From: Methanobacteriota archaeon
Lineage (GTDB): Archaea; Thermoplasmatota; Poseidoniia; Poseidoniales; Poseidoniaceae
Length of the DNA stretch: 32,000 nucleotides
NCBI GenBank assembly: GCA_002694585.1
Contig: NZMM01000091.1
Coordinates: 1 to 32,000, forward strand
Reading direction: 5' to 3'
Made by a program: the position numbers and the translations under genes
Part shown: positions 15,585 through 23,325 of the stretch, piece after piece
Layout: the number at the start of each line of letters is the position of its first letter
Position numbering within the stretch: the stretch's first letter is position 1
Notes under the pieces: generated by a model
The model's database searches: none
What the model was told of the DNA's origin: nothing
What the model saw: the letters and a program-made list of their open reading frames with translations, nothing else

Positions 15585-16708
15585 CGTTCGCCATCACTGC
15601 GCCCGCAGCCAACACCGCAATGATCGTCACCGCCAGCTTGCTCGGCGTCGTTGCTGCGCTCCGTCTAGCCGACGTCGTCCCCAATCGACGCTTCTCGGTT
15701 CGTATTGGGCCAGTCAGTGCACTCATTCAGTCACGCGTGATCGTCATCGGGGTGGCCGGGTTGATACTCGCCGGCACCTTGTTGGTCATCGGATTGATCG
15801 TCGGCGACTTCCCGATCGGCGCATGGGACGCCCTCGGCGAAGCGTTCTGGGCCCGGGGAGGTGAGTTCGACTTCATCGTCAACAAGCTCCGCTTCCCCCG
15901 AGTGACCGTTGCGATCCTCGCAGGCATGTGTCTCGGCATGTCAGGCGCCATCTTCCAGGCATTGATCAACAACCCGCTGGTCTCGCCCGACATCATCGGA
16001 GTCAATGCAGGCGCTGCAGTCTTCGCCGTGCTAATCCTCGCAACCGGGAAGAACATCGGACTGTTGCCCGTAGCCGCCTTCGGTGGCGCGCTGGGGGCTG
16101 CTGCGATCATCTACCTTCTTGCCTGGAATCGTGGTGTTTCGGGTTCGCGGCTCGTGCTTGTCGGTGTTGGGGTGCAAGCACTGCTCGGGGCCGTGATCAC
16201 CTTCATCACCGTCCGTTTCCCGATCGAGCGGATCGCCGCCGCTGCTCGCTGGCAAGCCGGTTCGCTATTCGGTGTCAGTTGGGAAGACGCCCGGACGCTC
16301 ACCATCGGCTTGTTGCTGCTCACCCCAGCCGCATTCGTCTTGACCCAACGTCTGCGGCTTCTGCAGTTGGGGGACGAAGCGGCGGCGGGACTCGGCATTC
16401 ACGTCGAACGTGACCGATTGGCGTTGATCGCAGTTGCATCGGGGCTCGCGGCCGTGGCCGTCGCCGTCATCGGCCCGTTGGGCTTCGTCGCCCTACTCGT
16501 ACCTCACATGGTTCGGCTGATGGTCGGCCAACTCACCGGAGGCACATTATTGCTAACCGCAGTCGTCGGCGGCGCCTTCCTGCTCAGCGCCGATCTGATC
16601 GCCCAGCGCCTGTTCGCGCCAACGAGCCTGCCGGCCGGTGTCGTCACCGGCGCAATCGGTGGTCCGTACTTCCTCTTCCTCTTAGCTAGGTACAACCGTG
16701 CACTCTAA
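15581..16708 (+). CDS. FecCD-family ABC permease
   Basis: GTGA overlap with the upstream stop. FecCD pattern RFPRVTVAILAGMCLGMSGAIFQALINNPLVSPDIIGV. Confidence 0.9.
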   Translation: MTFAITAPAANTAMIVTASLLGVVAALRLADVVPNRRFSVRIGPVSALIQSRVIVIGVAGLILAGTLLVIGLIVGDFPIGAWDALGEAFWARGGEFDFIVNKLRFPRVTVAILAGMCLGMSGAIFQALINNPLVSPDIIGVNAGAAVFAVLILATGKNIGLLPVAAFGGALGAAAIIYLLAWNRGVSGSRLVLVGVGVQALLGAVITFITVRFPIERIAAAARWQAGSLFGVSWEDARTLTIGLLLLTPAAFVLTQRLRLLQLGDEAAAGLGIHVERDRLALIAVASGLAAVAVAVIGPLGFVALLVPHMVRLMVGQLTGGTLLLTAVVGGAFLLSADLIAQRLFAPTSLPAGVVTGAIGGPYFLFLLARYNRAL

Positions 16709-17495
16709 GTCCGACGCACCGACACTCAGCGCTGAGGGCCTGACGTTGTCTTATGGCGGCCCTGACATCGTCACAAAACTCGGCATCGTAATCCCGCCCG
16801 GCGAGATCACGGCGATCATTGGGGCCAACGGCTGCGGGAAGTCGACGCTGCTTCGGGCCATGGCCCGCCTGCTCAGACCGGTGAGCGGCGCAGTGATTCT
16901 TGATGGTGAAGCGATCAACGAACAGCCCACCAAAGCAGTTGCCCGCCGACTCGGACTACTGCCCCAAGCTCCCCGCGCACCCGAGGGCGTGATCGTGTCC
17001 GACCTCGTGCGGCGCGGCCGCTATCCCCACCAGAAGGTGTTCCAGCAGTGGAGTCCCCGCGATGAGGAAGCCTGCGAACGGGCAATGCGGCTAACCGACA
17101 TGCTCAAATTCGAGGGACGGCCCGTAGACGAACTCTCCGGTGGCCAGCGCCAGCGCGCGTGGATCGCCATGGCGCTCGCTCAGGACACGCCGCTGATGCT
17201 GCTCGATGAGCCGACGACCTACCTTGACATCGCGCATCAAGTCGACGTGCTCGAACTGCTCAAACAGCTCAACGCAAACGAGGGTCGAACCATCGTAATG
17301 GTGCTACACGACCTCAATCTGGCGTCCCGTTACGCAAACCACCTTGTCGCAGTGGCTGATGGTGGAATCGTTGCCGAGGGTGCTCCCGGCGAGGTGATCA
17401 CATCCGAGATCGTTGAGCGGGTTTTCGGCCTGCCGACGGTCGTGATCGAAGACCCGGTGACCGGTTCGCCGCTTTGCGTTCCTGCAATCAGCTGA
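16698..17495 (+). CDS. iron-siderophore/heme ABC transporter ATP-binding protein
   Basis: Walker A GANGCGKST, signature LSGGQRQR, Walker B LMLLDEPT. 11-nt overlap with the permease gene. Confidence 0.95.
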   Translation: MHSKSDAPTLSAEGLTLSYGGPDIVTKLGIVIPPGEITAIIGANGCGKSTLLRAMARLLRPVSGAVILDGEAINEQPTKAVARRLGLLPQAPRAPEGVIVSDLVRRGRYPHQKVFQQWSPRDEEACERAMRLTDMLKFEGRPVDELSGGQRQRAWIAMALAQDTPLMLLDEPTTYLDIAHQVDVLELLKQLNANEGRTIVMVLHDLNLASRYANHLVAVADGGIVAEGAPGEVITSEIVERVFGLPTVVIEDPVTGSPLCVPAIS

Positions 17496-17934
17496 TCGTG
17501 TAGTCACGCAAGAGCTTGTTGAGCTCAATCACGTGAAGCTCTTCCTCACCGATCTGGGTCCGAGCAAACTCTTCGAGGTACACCGAATCCCCCTCAGCAA
17601 TCTCAAGCATCTGCCGGTAGAGATCGAGCGCACGACGTTCGTGGGCGATCGACTCGCGCAACACGGTCTCGAGCGAATGGTCGTGGCTTTCCTCGATATG
17701 AGCGATGCCCTGGTCGGGATGACCACCGAGGCCAGTAACTAGTTCGCCCACCATCTGGGCGTGGAGAAGCGACTCCGACGCTTGCGTCTTCATGAAGTCG
17801 ACAAGGGGCAGCCGATTAGGGCCAGTGATGACCAGTGCGTAGTGGGTGTAGCGGACCACGCCGGCCAGCTCGGCCTTCATGATCTCATTGAGCACAGGAA
17901 TAAGTTTTTCGGTGTCGAAAATCTCGTCAGACAT
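17488..17934 (-). CDS. ferritin-like protein (bacterioferritin/Dps superfamily)
   Basis: 148 aa from ATG 17934 (MSDEIFDTEKL...). The four-helix ferritin-like pattern contains AELAGVVRY, ESLLHAQ, ERRALDLY and EEELHVIEL. The first ExxH is not canonical, so I do not call it bfr. Its 3' end overlaps the ATPase gene by 8 nt. Confidence 0.75.
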   Translation of the reverse strand: MSDEIFDTEKLIPVLNEIMKAELAGVVRYTHYALVITGPNRLPLVDFMKTQASESLLHAQMVGELVTGLGGHPDQGIAHIEESHDHSLETVLRESIAHERRALDLYRQMLEIAEGDSVYLEEFARTQIGEEELHVIELNKLLRDYTIS

Positions 17935-18187
17935 CAAGCTCTGCCTTCTTTGGGGGAACCCCATTCTAGAAGCGTTCGACAGCCTCTGACCCGACGAAGT
18001 CCGCGTTAGCGGCGCCCCTCCGTCAAGGTCGATCAAGACACCGGGAACGACCACCACTTCACTGCGCCTCTGGAGATAAGCCGTTTGTGCTGCTTCGAGG
18101 GCAAATACCTCCGCCTGACCCTGGTCCCGAACCCCTGAATCAGCATCATGAGCGGGTCATATCGTGCGGGTTCCTAGCCAAATCCTC

Positions 18188-18486
18188 GGTGGATGGGGTC
18201 GGAGCCGCTGGCAGTAACGAGGGGACACAAAGGGCCGAGGACAAAGCCGTGCCAAAGTTGGCTAGCAGGCCGCATGTAGGCCGCGAGATACCTCGAAGTG
18301 ACCGTTACTGCCGAGAACTGATCGGGGGAGAGTTCCCCGTAATTCAAGGGCGGTCGGGGTTTTCATCAGTTTTGTCAGTGGTCCGTTGTCGGTCTGGGGG
18401 ACCGAAGGTCGGAGGTTCAAATCCTCTCAGCCCGACCCCTGAGAATCCCTGCTTCGGCGGGGATTCTCGCCGTTTTGGGGTGGGTT
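18188..18486 (+). repeat. tRNA-Pro-3'-half/terminator element, copy 1 (best preserved)
   Basis: 5' module is ~18188-18351. A tRNA-like module follows, with a possible closing strand GGTCGGG at 18352-18358. The anticodon arm is TCGGT-CTGGGGG-ACCGA (18389-18405), the variable loop AGGTC, the T arm GGAGG-TTCAAAT-CCTCT (18411-18427) and the acceptor 3' strand CAGCCCG-A-CC (18428-18437). A terminator follows. The 5' boundary is approximate. Confidence 0.85.
18441..18476 (+). terminator. intrinsic terminator (12-bp stem, UUCG tetraloop, short U tract)
   Basis: GAGAATCCCTGC-TTCG-GCGGGGATTCTC (18441-18468) followed by GCCGTTTT. Confidence 0.8.
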
Positions 18487-18602
18487 GATCGGGCGTTTCA
18501 CCGAGGTCGGGCTATCGGCGTGGTTGGTTTTCGACAAAACTGTCCGCGGCGTCGTTGTAGTTGATCTGGACGGTAACGACACCACCTCATGGGAGAATAC
18601 CG

Positions 18603-19481
18603 ATGAACCGAATCGAACGAATGCTCGTCGCAATCACCGCCCTCGCCCTCTTGGCCTCCGCGTGTGGAGGCTCTGACGATGAGACCGCCGAGGCTCCGCC
18701 GAAGACTGAGGCGTCGGTGACTAATGACGCCGAGTCGACCGAGACCAGCGCTGCCCCGACGACATCGGCAGCCCCGACCACAACCATTGAATCACCCACC
18801 ACCACGACCACCACTGAATCACCAACTACTTCCACGACTGTCCCGACTGCAGAACAGGTAACTGGGAGTGACTGCGTATTGGAGACGACCAATGGCGCTA
18901 TCGCCGGCATCGATGACGGAACAGACATCGTGCTCGCAGTAGCGACCCTGGTTGACAAATGCGGATTGCCCGATCTCGATTCAGGCTGGGGATGGAGTTG
19001 TGCGATGGGAGGTCCAGATTGGGATGGGCCTCAAGAGCCGGAGCGCACAATCTCCTGGGGAGGCCTGGTTCTCACATTCTGGCGTCAGCCCGACAACATG
19101 TGGGCGCCCCAAGAATTCAGTGAATCCCCTACATACTCCGACGCCGGAGTGCTCAGCTCTTGGCGATTTTCTGGTTGGGAAGAAGACCGAGTAGCACTCG
19201 ACATCCACGAGGCTGGAATCTCTTTAGGCACCCCACTGAGCGAGATCGCAGAAGCAGTCGGGGTCGCAGTGGCACCACATGACTGGTACACCGAAGGATC
19301 CTGGGATGACTACGTCGACTACGTGTTGGGCGTCTTCGGCATCATGGATTTCGTTGGCGGAGATGGTGTCGTGTATTCCGGCTGGATAGAGGATTTCCCA
19401 CCGACGACTCCAGCGAATTTTGAAGAGGCGCTTGCTTCAACCAGCCTCTCGATGATCGGCGAGCTGCAGTTCTGCGATTAA
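18603..19481 (+). CDS. lipoprotein with a Thr/Pro-rich linker and a C-terminal domain of unknown function
   Basis: MNRIERMLVAITALALLASACGGSDDE signal peptide with lipobox. Linker APTTSAAPTTTIESPTTTTTTESPTTSTTVP. GGGAGAA RBS before ATG 18603. Confidence 0.8.
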   Translation: MNRIERMLVAITALALLASACGGSDDETAEAPPKTEASVTNDAESTETSAAPTTSAAPTTTIESPTTTTTTESPTTSTTVPTAEQVTGSDCVLETTNGAIAGIDDGTDIVLAVATLVDKCGLPDLDSGWGWSCAMGGPDWDGPQEPERTISWGGLVLTFWRQPDNMWAPQEFSESPTYSDAGVLSSWRFSGWEEDRVALDIHEAGISLGTPLSEIAEAVGVAVAPHDWYTEGSWDDYVDYVLGVFGIMDFVGGDGVVYSGWIEDFPPTTPANFEEALASTSLSMIGELQFCD

Positions 19482-19504
19482 GACGCCGGTAGTGGCGGCC
19501 CGGT

Positions 19505-19750
19505 GAAGGTGAGAAGGCCGGCACAGCCGTCTAGCAGGCCGCATCTAGGCCGCGAGATTTCTCAAATCGACCATCACTGCCGAGAACTGGTCGGGGAAGG
19601 TTTCCCTGCGATTCAGGGCCGCTGAGGGGTTTCGTCAGTTCCTTCAGGCTTGTGTTGTCGGTCTGGGGGACCGAAGGTTGGAGGTTCAAAATCCTCTCAG
19701 CCCGACCCCTGAGAATCCCTGCTTCGGCGGGGATTCTCGCCGTTTTGGGC
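19505..19750 (+). repeat. tRNA-Pro-3'-half/terminator element, copy 2 (diverged 5' module; 8-nt T loop)
   Basis: Anticodon arm at 19658-19674. The T arm GGAGG-TTCAAAAT-CCTCT (19680-19697) carries a 1-nt loop insertion. CAGCCCG-A-CC at 19698-19707. The terminator is identical to copy 1. Confidence 0.8.
19711..19746 (+). terminator. intrinsic terminator, identical to the copy 1 hairpin
   Basis: GAGAATCCCTGC-TTCG-GCGGGGATTCTC followed by GCCGTTTT. Confidence 0.8.
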
Positions 19751-19887
19751 TGGCGTGGTTGAGCGAGCCGGTGAACTGCAGGCCGTCTCAAGGTCGTGAA
19801 CCGCTCGAAGAAGAGTCGAGAAGACCTTTGCTAGCACAACGACACAGAGGGCCCCTCGGGTCTCTTGCTGGCCGTTATCATTAATGA

Positions 19888-21576
19888 GTGCGCATCCGCC
19901 ACGTGATCCCGACCGTCGGCTCCGAAGCTTCCGACGCTCTTTGCGCCGCCCAGAAGATGACACTTGCGTCGGTCGATCGGGCTCTACGAGCGGCCGATCC
20001 TGGCTTACAGATTGAGGTTCGCGCCGTTCACTACCCTGATGAGCCGTGCGACTCGCATCCGTGGCTGACCGCTACTCCCGCGCTCAAGCGGTCGATCCTT
20101 GATTTTGGCGACTTCGATACCCCACGTCGCCTTCCTCTGCTCGCTGACGTTCTGGCGGCATTTGATGGTGGCGACGAATACGACATTGCTGTCTTCACGA
20201 ATGTTGATATCGCCCTGCACCCCCTGTTCTACGACCTAGTTCGCGACACCCGCTCCGACGGCTACGACGCGTTCTCGATCACCCGGCGTACCGTTCAAGC
20301 CCGCTTCGGTGGCTCGACGCTCGCTCAACTCGCCACCACGCGCAGCTCGCCCCATCCCGGCCATGACTGCTTCGCCATGACGCCCGAACTTGTCCTGAAG
20401 GCCGACGTGGGCAACGTCGCCCTCGGCGTCCGTTGGGTCGCTAGAACGCTGTTGTGGAACCTCAAGCTCAATGCCAGGCGCTTTGAGAACTTCGCCGACC
20501 TGCACGCCACGTTCCACATCGGTGACGACAGGATTTGGGCTGACCCCCGCTTGAAAGCGTTCGACGAACACAACGAACGTGAAGCACACGGCGTCGTTGA
20601 GCGCCTTTGCGCAAGGCATGGTGAGGAACGGGTCGAGCGTTTGGCGGGCGCTAGACCGTTCGTGAGGGCCATGCGCAAAAATGCCTCGCCCGTCATCAAA
20701 TCTGCGAAATGGCGAGTTTTCAGTCCGCAAGATCCACCTCATCCGCAGGATCCGCCCTATGTGTCTGGTTCGCACCAGCTCATTTTCTCAGCCAACCCAG
20801 GGCGTAGCGGTTCTCAGTACCTCGCCGAACTGCTCGGCGAGTCGCCAAACGTGATCGCCGGCCACGAGAAAGAACCAGCAATGACGGGTGGATGGCTACG
20901 CGACGTTGTCCACCGTGGTCCCGGTCCTAGTCGTGAGCTTCGCCGAATAAAGGCCGACACGGTTCGCGCAGAGCTCGCTGGCCTCGCGGACTCTACGCGC
21001 TACGCGGATACATCCCACATGTTCGTCAAGACGTTTGCTGATGTGATTTTCGACGAGTTTCCCCACCATCTTGTGTCGGTGGTGGTTCTCCGCCGCGATC
21101 CGATCTCAGTTGCAAGAAGCTTCTTCGAACTCGACTACATGGGGCTCACCAATGCCCCCTGGCCCGATTTCATGCCGCCGCCTACGGCACCGGCGTCCAT
21201 GTTCCACATCCCGGCTGACGAGATCCGCAGCCGGTTCGATCTGATCTTCGGCTATCTGATCGATTTTGAAATCCGCTCCCAAACGCTGCGAGAGCAAGCG
21301 CCGAGTGCCCGATGGATCGATACCCGACTCGAGGAGATCACCACCGTTGAGGGCGCCACTCGTCTCTTTGACAGGCTCAGAGTTCCTACGCCCCCGCAAC
21401 TTGCCGAAATCGTCAATCGGAAAGTCAACGTCAAGCAGAAGAGGAAAGCCACGATTAATCAGCCGACGACGCTCGTAGCCGTTGAGCGGGCCTGGAGCGA
21501 CTTCCTCAACCGCTTTGGGCACCGAGATGAAGTCGGCGCATACGCTGAACTCCACGGACTGGCGACAGGCTCGTGA
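19888..21576 (+). CDS. two-domain protein: N-terminal GT-A-like (glycosyltransferase-like) domain plus C-terminal sulfotransferase domain
   Basis: GTG start. N-terminal IRHVIPTV...EYDIAVFTNVDIALHPLFY...DAFSITRR. The C-terminal half has a PAPS 5'-PSB-like motif FSANPGRSGSQYL and a 3'-PB-like motif VVVLRRDPISVARS. Confidence 0.75.
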   Translation: MRIRHVIPTVGSEASDALCAAQKMTLASVDRALRAADPGLQIEVRAVHYPDEPCDSHPWLTATPALKRSILDFGDFDTPRRLPLLADVLAAFDGGDEYDIAVFTNVDIALHPLFYDLVRDTRSDGYDAFSITRRTVQARFGGSTLAQLATTRSSPHPGHDCFAMTPELVLKADVGNVALGVRWVARTLLWNLKLNARRFENFADLHATFHIGDDRIWADPRLKAFDEHNEREAHGVVERLCARHGEERVERLAGARPFVRAMRKNASPVIKSAKWRVFSPQDPPHPQDPPYVSGSHQLIFSANPGRSGSQYLAELLGESPNVIAGHEKEPAMTGGWLRDVVHRGPGPSRELRRIKADTVRAELAGLADSTRYADTSHMFVKTFADVIFDEFPHHLVSVVVLRRDPISVARSFFELDYMGLTNAPWPDFMPPPTAPASMFHIPADEIRSRFDLIFGYLIDFEIRSQTLREQAPSARWIDTRLEEITTVEGATRLFDRLRVPTPPQLAEIVNRKVNVKQKRKATINQPTTLVAVERAWSDFLNRFGHRDEVGAYAELHGLATGS

Positions 21577-22277
21577 CCAGCCCAATTTGGTTTTTTTACC
21601 ACCTCCCAAAGACAGGCGGCCAGACGATCCGCGATCACCTTCACGCGGGCCTTGGCAGCGAGGGCTACCTCCATCTGGGAAAGTGGGATCGAGACCGACC
21701 CCTCGGGTTTGACGACGTCGCGGCGATGTCCGCAGATCAGCTTGCGGGTCTCCGCGCGATCGGTGGGCATCCGCTTACCGTCAAATTCCACTCGCTGTTC
21801 GCCGACCGCTCGAAAAGGGAGATCGTCGTTGTGCGCGAGCCAGCGGCGCGAATCGTTTCGCATTACAACTTCTCCAACACAATGCGGGAGCGTCGCAGTG
21901 AGCCACTGCTTGATTTTGAGGAGTTTCTCACCAGTCAGACCAACAGGCAGACGATTGCTTTGGTTCACCGCTTCGGGCTGCCCCGCTCGAGGCAGCTACT
22001 GGACAAAGTGCTTTATGGCCTGACCCGTTGTGCCTTCGTCGGTCGGACTGACGACCTCGATCAGACCCTCCCCCTCCTTTTCGGAGCGATCGGTATCAGC
22101 TCCGAAGTCAAAGGTCGCTCAAACGTCACTGGCGAGACCATCAATCGCTACGTCGAACTTACGCCGTCGCTATCGGCACGGTTGCAAGCCGAAAATCCGC
22201 TCGACGTCATGCTCTATTCAGCCGTCGGTCGTCTCCAAGACGCGAGTGTGAGCCGACTACAAGACTCCAAAGACTGA
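21573..22277 (+). CDS. sulfotransferase (Sulfotransfer_2-like)
   Basis: FFYHLPKTGGQTI (5'-PSB) and IVVVREPAARIVSHYNF (3'-PB). GTGA overlap with the upstream stop. Confidence 0.8.
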   Translation: MTSPIWFFYHLPKTGGQTIRDHLHAGLGSEGYLHLGKWDRDRPLGFDDVAAMSADQLAGLRAIGGHPLTVKFHSLFADRSKREIVVVREPAARIVSHYNFSNTMRERRSEPLLDFEEFLTSQTNRQTIALVHRFGLPRSRQLLDKVLYGLTRCAFVGRTDDLDQTLPLLFGAIGISSEVKGRSNVTGETINRYVELTPSLSARLQAENPLDVMLYSAVGRLQDASVSRLQDSKD

Positions 22278-22287
22278 GGTCAAGATT

Positions 22288-22815
22288 GTGCCGTCCCTTC
22301 ACCGCCGCCTTCGAAACCGCCATACACGGATGCTTGTTCAACTCGGCGCGATGACCACAGGCGTTGCGGCCACCTTGCTGATTGCACACGACGAGCCTGC
22401 GAGTCGAGCGATCGGAACAGCAGTTTTGGCCGTTATCGCGATCGTCGCTATCAAGCTCGCTCTCGTTGCGATCAACTCGCCTGGCCAGGGCACAAACGCC
22501 TCCCGGTCGGGGACCTCCGCTGATCAGCGCTCGAAGTTCGATGAGATCGCCGCACGTATCGGTGCGCTCGAGGCGCTCGACAGTTGGGACGGAAATCCGA
22601 TTGATAGGTCAGCAACTTCCCACTTTGAGTCTCAGCACGTGCGCAAGGAGGTCGACCGTCTGCAGGCAGAGGTCGATGAAATCATTACCCGTATCGGTGC
22701 TCTTGAGGCGCTTGGCCGTGGCAGCGAACAGGCGATTGCGAGCGCAGCAACTACTCAATTTGAGCTTCAGCACGTGCGTGAGGAGTTAGACCGTTTGCGG
22801 TCACAAGTCGACTGA
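22288..22815 (+). CDS. membrane-anchored protein with two tandem ~45-aa coiled-coil repeats
   Basis: Hydrophobic segments at aa ~20-62. It then contains DEIAARIGALEAL...HFESQHVRKEVDRLQAEV and DEIITRIGALEAL...QFELQHVREELDRLRSQV. GTG start with GAGG 8 nt upstream; ATG 22330 is an alternative. Confidence 0.65.
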   Translation: MPSLHRRLRNRHTRMLVQLGAMTTGVAATLLIAHDEPASRAIGTAVLAVIAIVAIKLALVAINSPGQGTNASRSGTSADQRSKFDEIAARIGALEALDSWDGNPIDRSATSHFESQHVRKEVDRLQAEVDEIITRIGALEALGRGSEQAIASAATTQFELQHVREELDRLRSQVD

Positions 22816-22831
22816 CCAGAAATGGTTGTCA

Positions 22832-22966
22832 TTAACTCGACTCGATCAGCCGCCAAGGATCTCGGAACGCGAGCCGCTGAAGGTCGTAATCCTCTCCCGT
22901 GATGTGCTCCGACGCCTCGTCGACCAGCTCGGTTTGCTCACAGCAAACGGCCTCCAATGCTGTCAT
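22832..22966 (-). CDS. possible small acidic protein (44 aa)
   Basis: MTALEAVCCEQTELVDEASEHITGEDYDLQRLAFRDPWRLIESS. About 73 percent G/C at third positions. I see no recognisable RBS or homology. It abuts the 5' end of repeat copy 3. Confidence 0.25.
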   Translation of the reverse strand: MTALEAVCCEQTELVDEASEHITGEDYDLQRLAFRDPWRLIESS

Positions 22967-23265
22967 GGCGGATTGGATCGGAGCTGCCGGCGGTTGCGAA
23001 GGGACACAAGGGGCCGAGAACAAACCTGGCCGCAGCCGCCTAGAAGGCCGCATCTAGGCCGTGAGATATCTCACATGGACCCTTACCGCCGGGAACTGAT
23101 CGGGGGAAGAGTTCCCTGTAATTCACGGGCGGTCGGGGGTTTCGTCAGTCTTGTCGGTGGTCCGTTGTCGGTCTGGGGGACCGAAGACCGAAGGTTCACG
23201 TCCTCTTAGCCCGACCCTTGAGAAGCCCTGCTTCGGCTGGGATTCTCGTCTTTTTGGGTTGGGTT
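22966..23265 (+). repeat. tRNA-Pro-3'-half/terminator element, copy 3 (5' module ~85 percent identical to copy 1 by eye; decayed 3' module)
   Basis: GGTCGGG at 23131-23137. Anticodon arm at 23168-23184. A 7-nt duplication ACCGAAG/ACCGAAG follows. The T arm is degenerate (GAAGG-TTCACGT-CCTCT). TAGCCCG-A-CC ends at ~23216. The 5' boundary is approximate. Confidence 0.8.
23220..23255 (+). terminator. decayed copy of the element terminator (two stem mismatches, longer U tract)
   Basis: GAGAAGCCCTGC-TTCG-GCTGGGATTCTC followed by GTCTTTTT. Confidence 0.55.
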
Positions 23266-23325
23266 GCTCCGGTCAGGCGATGACCTGCGGATCGGCGCAT
23301 TTAGTCCTTCGGGTATGTTGAGTCG

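Noticed and set aside
16681-16697. A sixth iron-box-like site, TTAGCTAGGTACAACC, at the end of the second permease gene.
   Set aside because: It matches the palindrome poorly and lies inside coding sequence at a gene overlap, so it is probably chance.
18389-18438. Functional tRNA-Pro genes (four copies).
   Set aside because: Only positions ~27-75 are present. The 5' acceptor strand CGGGCTG and a pairable D stem are absent in every copy. Copies 2-4 also carry T-loop, T-stem or anticodon lesions.
18188-18486. tmRNA (ssrA), or a known riboswitch class, as the identity of the repeated element. The riboswitch candidates were c-di-AMP/ydaO (because of GGGGGACC), TPP (CTGAGA, GAACTGATC), cobalamin and glycine (ACCGAAGG).
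   Set aside because: For tmRNA there is no tRNA-Ala-type acceptor (G3:U70), no tag reading frame ending in the usual Ala-Ala stop, and there are four copies. The riboswitch resemblances are short isolated words in the wrong order and lack the other conserved cores. The tRNA-Pro match explains those words better.
18087-18488. Track ORFs that run through the repeat copies (18087..18488, 19678..19884, 22826..23209, 24796..24990) and give similar peptides such as ...SNPLSPTPENPCFGGDSRRFG.
   Set aside because: The similarity reflects the DNA repeat. Copies 1 and 3 differ by frame-shifting indels (for example GGGGGAGAGTTCC versus GGGGGAAGAGTTCC), substitutions are not biased to synonymous sites, and the frames run through a tRNA-like segment and a terminator hairpin. 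They are not protein coding.
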